Below, one piece after another: positions 18,644 through 26,710 of a DNA stretch of 33,153 nt. The position numbers and the translations under genes are program-made. The first letter of the stretch is position 1, and each line of letters starts with the position of its first letter. The DNA is from a virus (taxonomy: Duplodnaviria; Heunggongvirae; Uroviricota; Caudoviricetes). The stretch is from the IMG/VR virus record IMGVR_UViG_2529292972_000025; one strand, given 5' to 3'. The notes beneath the pieces are model-generated. The model did no database searches. It was not told the DNA's origin and saw nothing but the letters and a program-made list of their open reading frames with translations.

Positions 18644-19717
18644 TTACGCTCCCGGCTCTGCGGTCGCCTTAGCCGGTGTGGAGAAATCACCGACCTTAAT
18701 TTTTTCCACCAGACAACCGGCGGCGTAGTCTTCCACCACGTAATCAATGTTCATTGACTCGTAGTTCTCCACGCGGTCGAGTTTCGGGTTTTCCTCAATC
18801 ACGCGGCGATGGCTGTCATCCATGTAGTAGATGGACAGGTTTTCCAGCTTCGTGATGAGCATCGCATCCGCCGGGAAGTACGGGACGCGTACCGCTGGCA
18901 GGTTACCGATGCGTTTCTGGCTGATGATGACGTCAGCGGCCAGCATTTCGCTGTTGTCCTGCTCCTTGTTAACGATGGGGAAATACTTGTCCGCCAGTAG
19001 CTGACGCCCCACAATCACCACAAGGTCAGGGTCTTCCTGATACCACGGCTCAATCAGGTTGTTGGTCGCATCCATCACCAGTGCGTCGAGGCTGGCATAA
19101 TCACCGCCCTTACCCACGCGGATGACCTCAGAGGTGGTGCGACCTTCCTCGTCAGTGACCTTGCTCATCACGCGCGCCGGGGCTTCATTGCGGTATTTCT
19201 GCAGCCAGCCGACCGCCACATCCTGCAACATCGGATTGCTGCTGCGGTCAGAGGTTTCGGCACGCTTCACGCCGTTAAAACCGGCCATGATGAAATCAAG
19301 GGACTGGCGTTTGATAATGGCGTTACGGACACGGAGCTGGAAATCCTGATAACGCGCCCACAGGTCAAGCGTTTTGTAGCGGATATAAAAATCGAAGTTA
19401 ATCTGGTCGCATTCGTACTTGTTTGACGCCAGCTTCGAGAAGTCCTTCGGCTGACGCTCGGTGCCACCGGCGGTGTCGGTGGTGCTGGCGATGGAGCCGG
19501 TGACACCAATACCAATTTTTTCCCCTTTCATTTCGCTGACCGGCACAATGTTGATGCGGGTCAGAAAGTCAGAGGACTCCTGCATGGTGTTCATCAGGGT
19601 CTGGGTGACCGAAGGTTCAACGGTGAATTTTTTCGACACATCACCGGCGTCGATGCCGTTCAGTTCGGCAACACGGGACAGGTAGGCATTAAATTTAAAG
19701 CGGGTTTCCTGGCGCAT
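18644..19717 (-). CDS. N: Major capsid protein gpN
   Basis: 357-aa ORF; P2 order. Confidence 0.9.
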   Translation of the reverse strand: MRQETRFKFNAYLSRVAELNGIDAGDVSKKFTVEPSVTQTLMNTMQESSDFLTRINIVPVSEMKGEKIGIGVTGSIASTTDTAGGTERQPKDFSKLASNKYECDQINFDFYIRYKTLDLWARYQDFQLRVRNAIIKRQSLDFIMAGFNGVKRAETSDRSSNPMLQDVAVGWLQKYRNEAPARVMSKVTDEEGRTTSEVIRVGKGGDYASLDALVMDATNNLIEPWYQEDPDLVVIVGRQLLADKYFPIVNKEQDNSEMLAADVIISQKRIGNLPAVRVPYFPADAMLITKLENLSIYYMDDSHRRVIEENPKLDRVENYESMNIDYVVEDYAAGCLVEKIKVGDFSTPAKATAEPGA

Positions 19718-19771
19718 AGTTATTCCTGAAATTAAGGGTTAATCGTGAAGGTTTTCCCGGACTGACGCCGG

Positions 19772-20626
19772 TCAGCAGTTCGTCATCAGGGCGTCACCGC
19801 CACCGCCGGTGGCCTTGCTGCGGCGCTGCTGGGTCAGACTTTCGGTGTGGTCGAGACTGTTTTTCAGGCGGGTGAATGCCTGGCTGGTTTCATCCGCCCT
19901 GTCAGTCACATCCTGCTTAAGTGCGGAAAAGGCGTTTTCCATCTCAGCGAGGCGCTGCTCAGTGGCGCTCAGTTTTTCCTGCACATGTTCAGCAACAGCG
20001 GTCACCGCTTCATGCACGTCATTCAGACGGGCGTCATCGCTGGCCTGTTTGCGGCCAAAAATGGACTTCACCTTTTCGGTCAGGGCGGTGAACACGGTTT
20101 CAGGCAGGTCTTCAAATTCCAGCTCAACAGGCGTTGCCACTGAAATCAGGTTTTCAGGGCTTAATTTGAAGCGGTTCAGGGGGTTGTGTTTTGCCGTGCG
20201 GCAGAATTCCAGGTATTCCGTGCCGAGGCTTGCCGGGTCATCGGTGACGGCCAGACCCACCAGATAACATTTGCCGGTATTGGCAAAGTTCGGCTGAATT
20301 TCCATTGAGGTATAGACCTTCTGCGCGGCCTTGTTCATCGCGATAAGGTCATCGGTCGGGGTGATTTTCGCAAACAGCGCCCATTTGCCTTTCAGCGCCG
20401 AATCATCGTCAATCTTTTCGGCCTTCAGTTCGACCACATCGCCATAACGCTTAAAAATACCGTCAGGCAGGATGCCGCGCAGATGTTCCAGGTTAATGCG
20501 GCAACCATAGACTCGCGGGTCAAAGGTTTCGGCCATTTCCTGAATATCCTGCGCACTGATGACACGCCCGTCACAGGTGTCACCCTCAACGCCGATACGA
20601 AAGAATTTTGAGACTTTTTTTGCCAT
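19772..20626 (-). CDS. O: Capsid scaffold protein gpO
   Basis: Start at ATG 20626 (MAKKVSKFFRIGVEG...); ORF track extends upstream without a plausible start. Confidence 0.85.
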   Translation of the reverse strand: MAKKVSKFFRIGVEGDTCDGRVISAQDIQEMAETFDPRVYGCRINLEHLRGILPDGIFKRYGDVVELKAEKIDDDSALKGKWALFAKITPTDDLIAMNKAAQKVYTSMEIQPNFANTGKCYLVGLAVTDDPASLGTEYLEFCRTAKHNPLNRFKLSPENLISVATPVELEFEDLPETVFTALTEKVKSIFGRKQASDDARLNDVHEAVTAVAEHVQEKLSATEQRLAEMENAFSALKQDVTDRADETSQAFTRLKNSLDHTESLTQQRRSKATGGGGDALMTNC

Positions 20627-20799
20627 TGTCAGGAGTCCTGAATAGTGATTAGAGGAGTCACATGTCGGCATCAGTTTCCCGACGATGCGCATCCTCCGCC
20701 ATCAGTCCCGGATGGCTTATCACTGACACAACAGCACCTTAGCGAATCGCGGGGCGCGACTCAGTAGCCTTGCCGTGTATTCATCACGGCGAGGTATTC

Positions 20800-22572
20800 A
20801 TGACCATCACCACAGACACCACTCTTTTACACGACCCGCGTCGTCAGGCGGCGCTGCTGTACTGGCAGGGGTTTTCCGTGCCGCAGATTGCCGCCATGTT
20901 GCAGATGAAACGCCCGACAGTGCAGAGCTGGAAACAGCGCGACGGCTGGGACAGCGTTGCCCCCATCAGCCGTGTCGAAATGAGTCTGGAAGCGCGGCTG
21001 ACCCAGCTCATCATCAAACCGCAGAAAACCGGCGGTGACTTCAAGGAAATTGACCTGCTGGGACGCCAGATTGAACGACTGGCACGGGTAAACCGTTACA
21101 GCCAGACCGGCAACGAGGCAGACCTTAATCCGAACGTCGCTAACCGCAACAAAGGCGGGCGTCGCAAACCGAAAAAGAATTTTTTCAGTGACGAGGCCAT
21201 CGAAAAGCTGGAGCAGATTTTCTTTGAGCAGTCTTTCGACTATCAGTTGCACTGGTATCGCGCCGGGCTTGAGCACCGCATCCGCGATATCCTGAAATCC
21301 CGCCAGATTGGCGCGACGTTTTATTTTTCCCGCGAGGCGCTGCTGCGTGCCCTGAAAACCGGTCATAACCAGATTTTTCTGTCGGCCAGTAAAACGCAGG
21401 CGTATGTGTTCCGCGAATACATCATCGCCTTTGCCCGGCTGGTTGACGTTGACCTGACCGGTGACCCGATTGTCCTGGGCAATAACGGCGCAAAACTGAT
21501 TTTTCTCGGCACCAACTCCAACACCGCACAAAGCCATAACGGCGACCTGTACGTCGACGAGATTTTCTGGATACCGAATTTTCAGGTACTGCGTAAGGTG
21601 GCATCAGGTATGGCCTCACAGAGTCACCTGCGCTCGACCTATTTCTCCACCCCGTCCACGCTGGCGCACGACGCCTACCCGTTCTGGTCCGGTGAACTGT
21701 TTAACCGGGGACGCGCCAGCGCCGCTGAACGCGTGGAAATCGACGTCAGTCATAACGCCCTTGCCGGTGGGCTTCTCTGTGCGGACGGCCAGTGGCGGCA
21801 GATTGTCACCATTGAGGACGCGCTGAAAGGCGGCTGCACGCTGTTCGACATTGAGCAGCTCAAACGCGAAAACAGCGCCGACGATTTTAAAAACCTGTTC
21901 ATGTGTGAATTTGTTGACGACAAGGCGTCGGTGTTCCCGTTCGAGGAGCTGCAACGCTGCATGGTCGACACACTGGAAGAATGGGAAGACTATGCACCCT
22001 TTGCCGCAAATCCGTTCGGCTCCCGCCCGGTATGGATTGGTTACGACCCGTCACACCGTGGCGACAGCGCCGGATGCGTGGTACTGGCACCGCCGGTGGT
22101 GGCCGGTGGCAAATTCAGAATACTTGAGCGTCACCAGTGGAAAGGCATGGACTTTGCCACTCAGGCGGAATCCATCCGCAAACTCACCGAAAAATACAAC
22201 GTCGAATACATCGGAATTGATGCCACCGGCCTCGGTGTCGGCGTGTTCCAGCTCGTGCGCTCGTTCTATCCCGCCGCGCGCGATATCCGCTACACGCCGG
22301 AAATGAAAACCGCAATGGTGCTCAAGGCCAAAGACGTCATCCGCCGTGGCTGTCTGGAATATGACGTCAGCGCCACCGACATCACCAGCTCGTTCATGGC
22401 TATCCGCAAGACCATGACCAGCAGCGGACGCAGCGCCACCTATGAGGCCAGCCGCAGCGAGGAAGCCAGCCACGCCGACCTCGCCTGGGCAACCATGCAC
22501 GCCCTGTTAAATGAGCCACTCACCGCCGGTATCAGCACTCCGCTGACATCCACCATTCTGGAGTTTTACTGA
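20800..22572 (+). CDS. P: Terminase large subunit (ATPase) gpP
   Basis: Start at ATG 20800 (MTITTDTTLL...) 5 nt after GAGG; ORF track starts at a TTG at 20770; divergent from O as in P2. Confidence 0.9.
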   Translation: MTITTDTTLLHDPRRQAALLYWQGFSVPQIAAMLQMKRPTVQSWKQRDGWDSVAPISRVEMSLEARLTQLIIKPQKTGGDFKEIDLLGRQIERLARVNRYSQTGNEADLNPNVANRNKGGRRKPKKNFFSDEAIEKLEQIFFEQSFDYQLHWYRAGLEHRIRDILKSRQIGATFYFSREALLRALKTGHNQIFLSASKTQAYVFREYIIAFARLVDVDLTGDPIVLGNNGAKLIFLGTNSNTAQSHNGDLYVDEIFWIPNFQVLRKVASGMASQSHLRSTYFSTPSTLAHDAYPFWSGELFNRGRASAAERVEIDVSHNALAGGLLCADGQWRQIVTIEDALKGGCTLFDIEQLKRENSADDFKNLFMCEFVDDKASVFPFEELQRCMVDTLEEWEDYAPFAANPFGSRPVWIGYDPSHRGDSAGCVVLAPPVVAGGKFRILERHQWKGMDFATQAESIRKLTEKYNVEYIGIDATGLGVGVFQLVRSFYPAARDIRYTPEMKTAMVLKAKDVIRRGCLEYDVSATDITSSFMAIRKTMTSSGRSATYEASRSEEASHADLAWATMHALLNEPLTAGISTPLTSTILEFY

Positions 22573-23606
22573 TGAGCAAGAAAAAAGGGAAAACACCGCG
22601 ACCTGCGGCAAAAACAATCACCGCCAGCGCCCCGAAAATGGAAGCATTCACCTTTGGTGAGCCGGTGCCGGTACTCGACCGCCGTGACATTCTGGATTAC
22701 GTCGAGTGCATCAGTAACGGCAGATGGTATGAGCCACCGGTCAGCTTTACCGGTCTGGCAAAAAGCCTGCGTGCTGCCGTGCATCACAGCTCACCGATTT
22801 ACGTCAAACGTAATATTCTGGCCTCGACATTTATCCCGCATCCGTGGCTTTCCCAGCAGGATTTCAGCCGCTTTGTGCTGGATTTTCTGGTCTTCGGTAA
22901 TGCGTTTCTGGAAAAGCGATACAGCACCACCGGTAAGGTCATCAGACTGGAAACCTCACCGGCAAAATATACCCGCCGTGGTGTGGAGGAGGATGTTTAC
23001 TGGTGGGTGCCGTCCTTCAACGAGCCGACAGCCTTCGCGACCGGCTCCGTGTTTCACCTGCTGGAGCCGGATATTAATCAGGAGCTGTACGGCCTGCCGG
23101 AATATCTCAGCGCCCTTAACTCTGCCTGGCTGAATGAGTCGGCCACGCTGTTCCGCCGCAAGTATTACGAAAACGGCGCACATGCCGGATACATCATGTA
23201 CGTCACCGACGCATTGCAGGATCGCGATTACATTGACTCAATCCGCGAAAACATGGCTAATTCGAAAGGCCGCAATAACTTTAAAAATCTGTTTCTCTAT
23301 GCACCGCAGGGAAAGCCAGACGGCATCAAAATTATCCCGCTCAGTGAAGTGGCAACGAAGGACGATTTTTTTAATATCAAAAAAGCCAGCGCCGCTGACC
23401 TGCTGGACGCGCACCGCATCCCCTTTCAGTTGATGGGCGGCAAGCCGGAGAACGTCGGGTCGCTGGGTGATATTGAGAAAGTGGCAAAGGTCTTTGTCCG
23501 CAATGAGCTTATCCCGTTACAGGACAGGATTCGGGAAATAAACGGCTGGCTCGGCCAGGAGGTCATCCGCTTTAAAAACTACTCACTGGACACTGACAAC
23601 GGCTGA
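22572..23606 (+). CDS. Q: Portal protein gpQ
   Basis: 344-aa ORF, ATG overlaps P stop; P2 order. Confidence 0.9.
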   Translation: MSKKKGKTPRPAAKTITASAPKMEAFTFGEPVPVLDRRDILDYVECISNGRWYEPPVSFTGLAKSLRAAVHHSSPIYVKRNILASTFIPHPWLSQQDFSRFVLDFLVFGNAFLEKRYSTTGKVIRLETSPAKYTRRGVEEDVYWWVPSFNEPTAFATGSVFHLLEPDINQELYGLPEYLSALNSAWLNESATLFRRKYYENGAHAGYIMYVTDALQDRDYIDSIRENMANSKGRNNFKNLFLYAPQGKPDGIKIIPLSEVATKDDFFNIKKASAADLLDAHRIPFQLMGGKPENVGSLGDIEKVAKVFVRNELIPLQDRIREINGWLGQEVIRFKNYSLDTDNG

Positions 23607-23610
23607 ACAT

Positions 23611-23634
23611 CGCCGCCTGCGGGCGGCTTTTTTA
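23611..23634 (+). terminator. Intrinsic terminator after Q
   Basis: Stem GCCGCC / GGCGGC with TGCG loop followed by TTTTTT. Confidence 0.65.
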
Positions 23635-23775
23635 CACCCCGTCATCACGCCCTCACACGCTCACCACCGCACAAAACACCCCGCAGACACACCAACGCCC
23701 CGGCGCACACTCTAAACGCCATCACGACGCGCTCAGACGCTGAAAAAATAAAATCAGCACCACCGCCAGCGCGCA

Positions 23776-23794
23776 GTGCTTTCCCCGCCTCGCC
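23776..23794. other. cos cohesive-end site (19 nt)
   Basis: GTGCTTTCCCCGCCTCGCC is the reverse complement of GGCGAGGCGGGGAAAGCAC, the P2 cohesive end as I recall it; located just beyond Q as expected. Confidence 0.7.
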
Positions 23795-23953
23795 CGCCCG
23801 CTTCATGGGGCGGTTTTAATGCAGATGCACGAACACGCCGAAGGCGCGCCAGTACCGGCGGCGCTCACACGTGACTGGGAAGGAAAACGCATGCGATTCG
23901 ATGCAGTAATGCATGCAGAGCTAAAAATGGCAGAACATACTGAAAAAACGCAT

Positions 23954-23981
23954 AAAAAAACCGGCATTCAGGTTGCCGGTT
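23954..23981 (-). terminator. Intrinsic terminator for the minus-strand small-gene transcript
   Basis: Stem AACCGGCA (23959-23966) / TGCCGGTT (23974-23981), 7-nt loop; A-run 23954-23960 on plus gives a U-run on the minus strand. Confidence 0.6.
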
Positions 23982-24000
23982 TGAGTCGACTTCATTGTGG

Positions 24001-24102
24001 TTACTGGCCGCGCAATGCGCCAATAATACTGGTAAGGCAACAAGTGGCAACAATCAGCAAAAAAACCGTCGTCCACGGATTTTCATAAATGAGAGATAAC
24101 AT
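24001..24102 (-). CDS. Hypothetical 33-aa hydrophobic peptide (MLSLIYENPWTTVFLLIVATCCLTSIIGALRGQ)
   Basis: Not in ORF track (under 60 aa); ATG at 24102, AAGGA about 11 nt upstream, one predicted transmembrane stretch, ends just before the terminator. Confidence 0.35.
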   Translation of the reverse strand: MLSLIYENPWTTVFLLIVATCCLTSIIGALRGQ

Positions 24103-24118
24103 ATTGATAAAGATCCTT

Positions 24119-24250
24119 TTATTTGTTCATTCTGATGTGGTTTAAAAGGTGTTTGATAACGACCGTAAGCTCATCTTTACTGGCTTGCTCGACCATTTTT
24201 TCGGTGTAGCTTTCCACTTCGCGGGAACTCAGGTCGTTATTTGAGGCCAT
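24119..24250 (-). CDS. Hypothetical small protein (43 aa from ATG 24250; 64 aa if from ATG 24313)
   Basis: Open frame in cargo island; start ambiguous; MASNNDLSSREVESYTEKMVEQASKDELTVVIKHLLNHIRMNK. Confidence 0.35.
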   Translation of the reverse strand: MASNNDLSSREVESYTEKMVEQASKDELTVVIKHLLNHIRMNK

Positions 24251-24311
24251 TACAGTGAGTCTCTTTGCCCAGTCGGCATAAGGGTCTTTAATTGATGAAA
24301 GGGAATTATGC

Positions 24312-24749
24312 ATGTCCAAAAACCTCGAATTATTTAACCAGCAGACGGCTGAAATCTTTGCGGTGCTATGGGATAACTTTCCTGTACCACAAGTCATCAC
24401 CTACAAAAAATTTAACGCCGCGTTACCTGATGACTACTTTGACCAACTTAACTCACCAGAAATGAAAGCACTGAATCAGTTGCGTAGTGTGGTTGATGGC
24501 ACATTCACTTTCCTAAGCGAAAACGGCTATATTCTGTACGGAACAGACCATCAGACCGGTTTTCATGATGTGCGCCTGACCGAGAAAGCACTCGCGGTGC
24601 TCAACAAAAAACCCGAAGCACTTGGCGGTAATGAAACGATGGGAGATAAAATTATCAGTGCAGTAAAAGACGGGACTCCAGGTGTCATTGCTGGAGCAGT
24701 GACAAACCTGTTGACTCTTGGTGTTAATTTTGTGACGTCAGCTTCATAG
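24312..24749 (+). CDS. Hypothetical 145-aa cargo protein, no family recognised
   Basis: ATG at 24312 with AAGGGA Shine-Dalgarno 7 nt upstream; convergent with the RT gene. Confidence 0.6.
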   Translation: MSKNLELFNQQTAEIFAVLWDNFPVPQVITYKKFNAALPDDYFDQLNSPEMKALNQLRSVVDGTFTFLSENGYILYGTDHQTGFHDVRLTEKALAVLNKKPEALGGNETMGDKIISAVKDGTPGVIAGAVTNLLTLGVNFVTSAS

Positions 24750-24775
24750 CTAACTACTTTCTGAGGTTTCTAATC

Positions 24776-24818
24776 AACGCCGCCTGCACCGAAAGTAAAT
24801 TCCTGCACTGGCGGCGTT
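24776..24818. terminator. Hairpin between convergent genes (terminator-like)
   Basis: 9-bp stem AACGCCGCC (24776-24784) / GGCGGCGTT (24810-24818); no immediately adjacent U-run on either strand. Confidence 0.3.
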
Positions 24819-24873
24819 ACTAACGCCAAAGTTATTTTAATTATTGATGCTATTATGCAATACATTCAATATG

Positions 24874-25824
24874 TTAATTTGCAGTATTAGCCTTTAAAGT
24901 AAGCACCTTAGATTTGTAACGTTGCTCAATCACTCCCATTGAATGCAAACGACCAAAGAGCTTTTTGGCAATGATTGTTTCTCTCGCATTTTCGGCGTCT
25001 TTAATTATTTTCCAATAATCTATTTCCCTAGCCATCAAAAAATGCTGCTCATTCCTAACTTTTAATGCATTGCCTAATACAATAACTCCAGTTACCAACT
25101 TAGGCTTATCTCTGGCATATAGTTTTGTTTTCGTTGGGTGTATAACATGCCCATGCTTATTAACGATCTTACGAATTACAGCGCAGAACAATCGATTTAC
25201 GTTACTACCTGAAAAAGTGAGATCATCAACATAAACAGTCATGTTAACTCGTAACTTTTGGCAAAGTTGATATATTTCACCAAACATTCTTGAATTTGCA
25301 AAATATGCCAACGGCATACTGATGCGACTACCTGTTGGCAATCGGTCATGACAAGTACATATGTGAGACAAAACATCAGCAACATCAGATGACATTTTCA
25401 TCACCGAAAAGAAAAAAGAAAATATCATCCCTCTTGTAGTTGATGGAAAAAAAGCTTTAATATCTGTTGTCATCATCTTTTCATTATTAAGATGAGCTTT
25501 AGCATTCGTCACATTAGAGCACTTCTTCTTCCCTGAGTGCAGATATTCTGGCAAAGCAATCCGCGATAACAAACTTGCAATTCGTGTATGTACAAGTTCT
25601 AGTTTTTCTAAAGGCTTTTGTATTTTTCGTGCTTTCCCTTTTTTAGAAAGCTGCTCAAAAACGGAATAGTTTCCTTCATCTTTTCTCAAAGAGTATAAAT
25701 CATCAAGACTAACACAAAGCAAATTCGCCAGTTTTCTTTTACTTTTGAGTTTATAAAATGGCGAATCCATTATGTCATAAGATTTATTTTTAGTATTAAC
25801 TTTAAGCTTTTTCCGTTTTTTCAT
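24874..25824 (-). CDS. Reverse transcriptase, retron-type (defence-associated)
   Basis: 316-aa product with NAKAH (NAxxH), TTDIKAFFPS (motif A), LPTGSRISMPLAYFANS (motif B region), YVDD (catalytic motif C) and LVTGVIV (VTG) in the canonical order. Confidence 0.85.
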   Translation of the reverse strand: MKKRKKLKVNTKNKSYDIMDSPFYKLKSKRKLANLLCVSLDDLYSLRKDEGNYSVFEQLSKKGKARKIQKPLEKLELVHTRIASLLSRIALPEYLHSGKKKCSNVTNAKAHLNNEKMMTTDIKAFFPSTTRGMIFSFFFSVMKMSSDVADVLSHICTCHDRLPTGSRISMPLAYFANSRMFGEIYQLCQKLRVNMTVYVDDLTFSGSNVNRLFCAVIRKIVNKHGHVIHPTKTKLYARDKPKLVTGVIVLGNALKVRNEQHFLMAREIDYWKIIKDAENARETIIAKKLFGRLHSMGVIEQRYKSKVLTLKANTAN

Positions 25825-26110
25825 TTTTATTACTTACCCACTCCAGAACATCCAGAACTTTACCGGCTAAATTTAAACGCAATCGCTTAGACAAACGGCC
25901 TTGCGTGCCTAATGATTCCGAAAAGAATACTAAAGAGGATACTGGTATGTCGAAATGGGAGGCGTAACGCTCTAAGACTTCAATCGACGGTGACCAAACT
26001 CCGCTTTCAAGCGATACTATTTTGTCTTTTGGAATACCTAAAGATGAAGATAACTCAACTATTGATTCTTTATGGTATTGCCTTATTAAACGAAGGGCTT
26101 TATGTAACAT
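25802..26110 (-). CDS. XRE-family helix-turn-helix protein, RT-associated
   Basis: Start at ATG 26110 (GGAG 6 nt upstream) gives MLHKALRLIRQYHKESIVELSSSLGIPKDKIVSLESGVWSPSIEVLERYASHF...; stop overlaps RT start by 23 nt. Confidence 0.7.
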   Translation of the reverse strand: MLHKALRLIRQYHKESIVELSSSLGIPKDKIVSLESGVWSPSIEVLERYASHFDIPVSSLVFFSESLGTQGRLSKRLRLNLAGKVLDVLEWVSNKNEKTEKA

Positions 26111-26146
26111 AGGCAACTCCATGCTATTGAAACTAGGGAGGACGCA

Positions 26147-26302
26147 TTACTCATCACCCCCTTCGAAGTAGTCCAGTGCTCGAGTAACTAAATCAAACAG
26201 TCTAATACCCCATTTGATTAATTTCCAAGCGTAACCAGCCCACTTTTTCAGGTTTGACTTGTTCTGCGCCTGCTGTTCGTTGGTTAATTTATCATTCTTC
26301 AT
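26147..26302 (-). CDS. Hypothetical 51-aa protein, first gene of RT operon
   Basis: ATG at 26302 with AAGGAG Shine-Dalgarno 7 nt upstream; MKNDKLTNEQQAQNKSNLKKWAGYAWKLIKWGIRLFDLVTRALDYFEGGDE; ORF track's 130-aa version has no plausible upstream start. Confidence 0.55.
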   Translation of the reverse strand: MKNDKLTNEQQAQNKSNLKKWAGYAWKLIKWGIRLFDLVTRALDYFEGGDE

Positions 26303-26667
26303 GATTTGCTCCTTATGCCCATAGTGTGCAAACGGTATGTCTGCTCCAACACTATGGTTCGCCCTCATAAGGATGAGATTGAACAGCACTAGCCCCCTGC
26401 TCCACGAACCCTTGGTCGCCCAAAGGGTTCGAATACCCATACGCCATACCTCCTGATCCTGTGACTCCTGTCGCTGGCAGGGGCGTTGCGCGGGGTAAGT
26501 GTTAGAAAGCGTTAACTTTCCACGGGTAAAAATACCCAATTGATGGCGATATATCTCACTAACTAACCAATGTTTGCATCATAACAAGTAAACCGTTGTA
26601 TTTGCTCCCCCTGTATATGATATTTTTTCATATAAAACAAATATATAATAAGTTAAAGGCATATCAA
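26303..26667 (-). promoter_or_regulatory. Promoter plus ~330-nt structured leader of the RT operon (candidate ncRNA)
   Basis: Candidate sigma70 promoter on minus strand: -35 TTGATA (26667-26662), -10 TATATT (26645-26640); leader carries nested hairpin 26311-26372 and 9-bp-stem hairpin 26405-26431. Confidence 0.3.
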
Positions 26668-26710
26668 TGCAACATGGATATGCTTTCATTGCATTGAATT
26701 TTAAAGTGTT

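Noticed and set aside
20627-20799. Ogr-dependent late promoters (TGT-N12-ACA dyads) in the O/P divergent region
   Set aside because: Late promoters are expected here, but I could not find a dyad with the exact spacing by eye; the only clear inverted repeat (GCCGTG...CACGGC, 20772-20790) overlaps the P ribosome-binding site.
23819-24088. 89-aa plus-strand ORF beyond cos
   Set aside because: Spans the bidirectional terminator hairpin and the antisense 33-aa peptide gene, with no ribosome-binding site; likely spurious.
24874-25824. Calling the RT specifically Abi-P2
   Set aside because: The hotspot position fits Abi-P2, but the NAxxH and VTG motifs and 316-aa length fit a retron RT better; left as retron-type pending a profile search.
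26405-26437. tRNA-like GGGTTCGAATACCC motif suggesting a tRNA gene or fragment
   Set aside because: Only a T-arm-like motif; no acceptor stem, anticodon arm or CCA context that I can fold; treated as an ordinary hairpin in the leader.
26147-26539. 130-aa ORF from the six-frame track
   Set aside because: The N-terminal 79 codons have no plausible start or Shine-Dalgarno and run through the hairpin-rich leader; the real gene most likely starts at ATG 26302.
26304-26608. 9-bp direct repeat ATTTGCTCC at 26304-26312 and 26600-26608 in the RT operon leader
   Set aside because: Short enough to occur by chance in an AT-rich 300-nt region; no flanking similarity.
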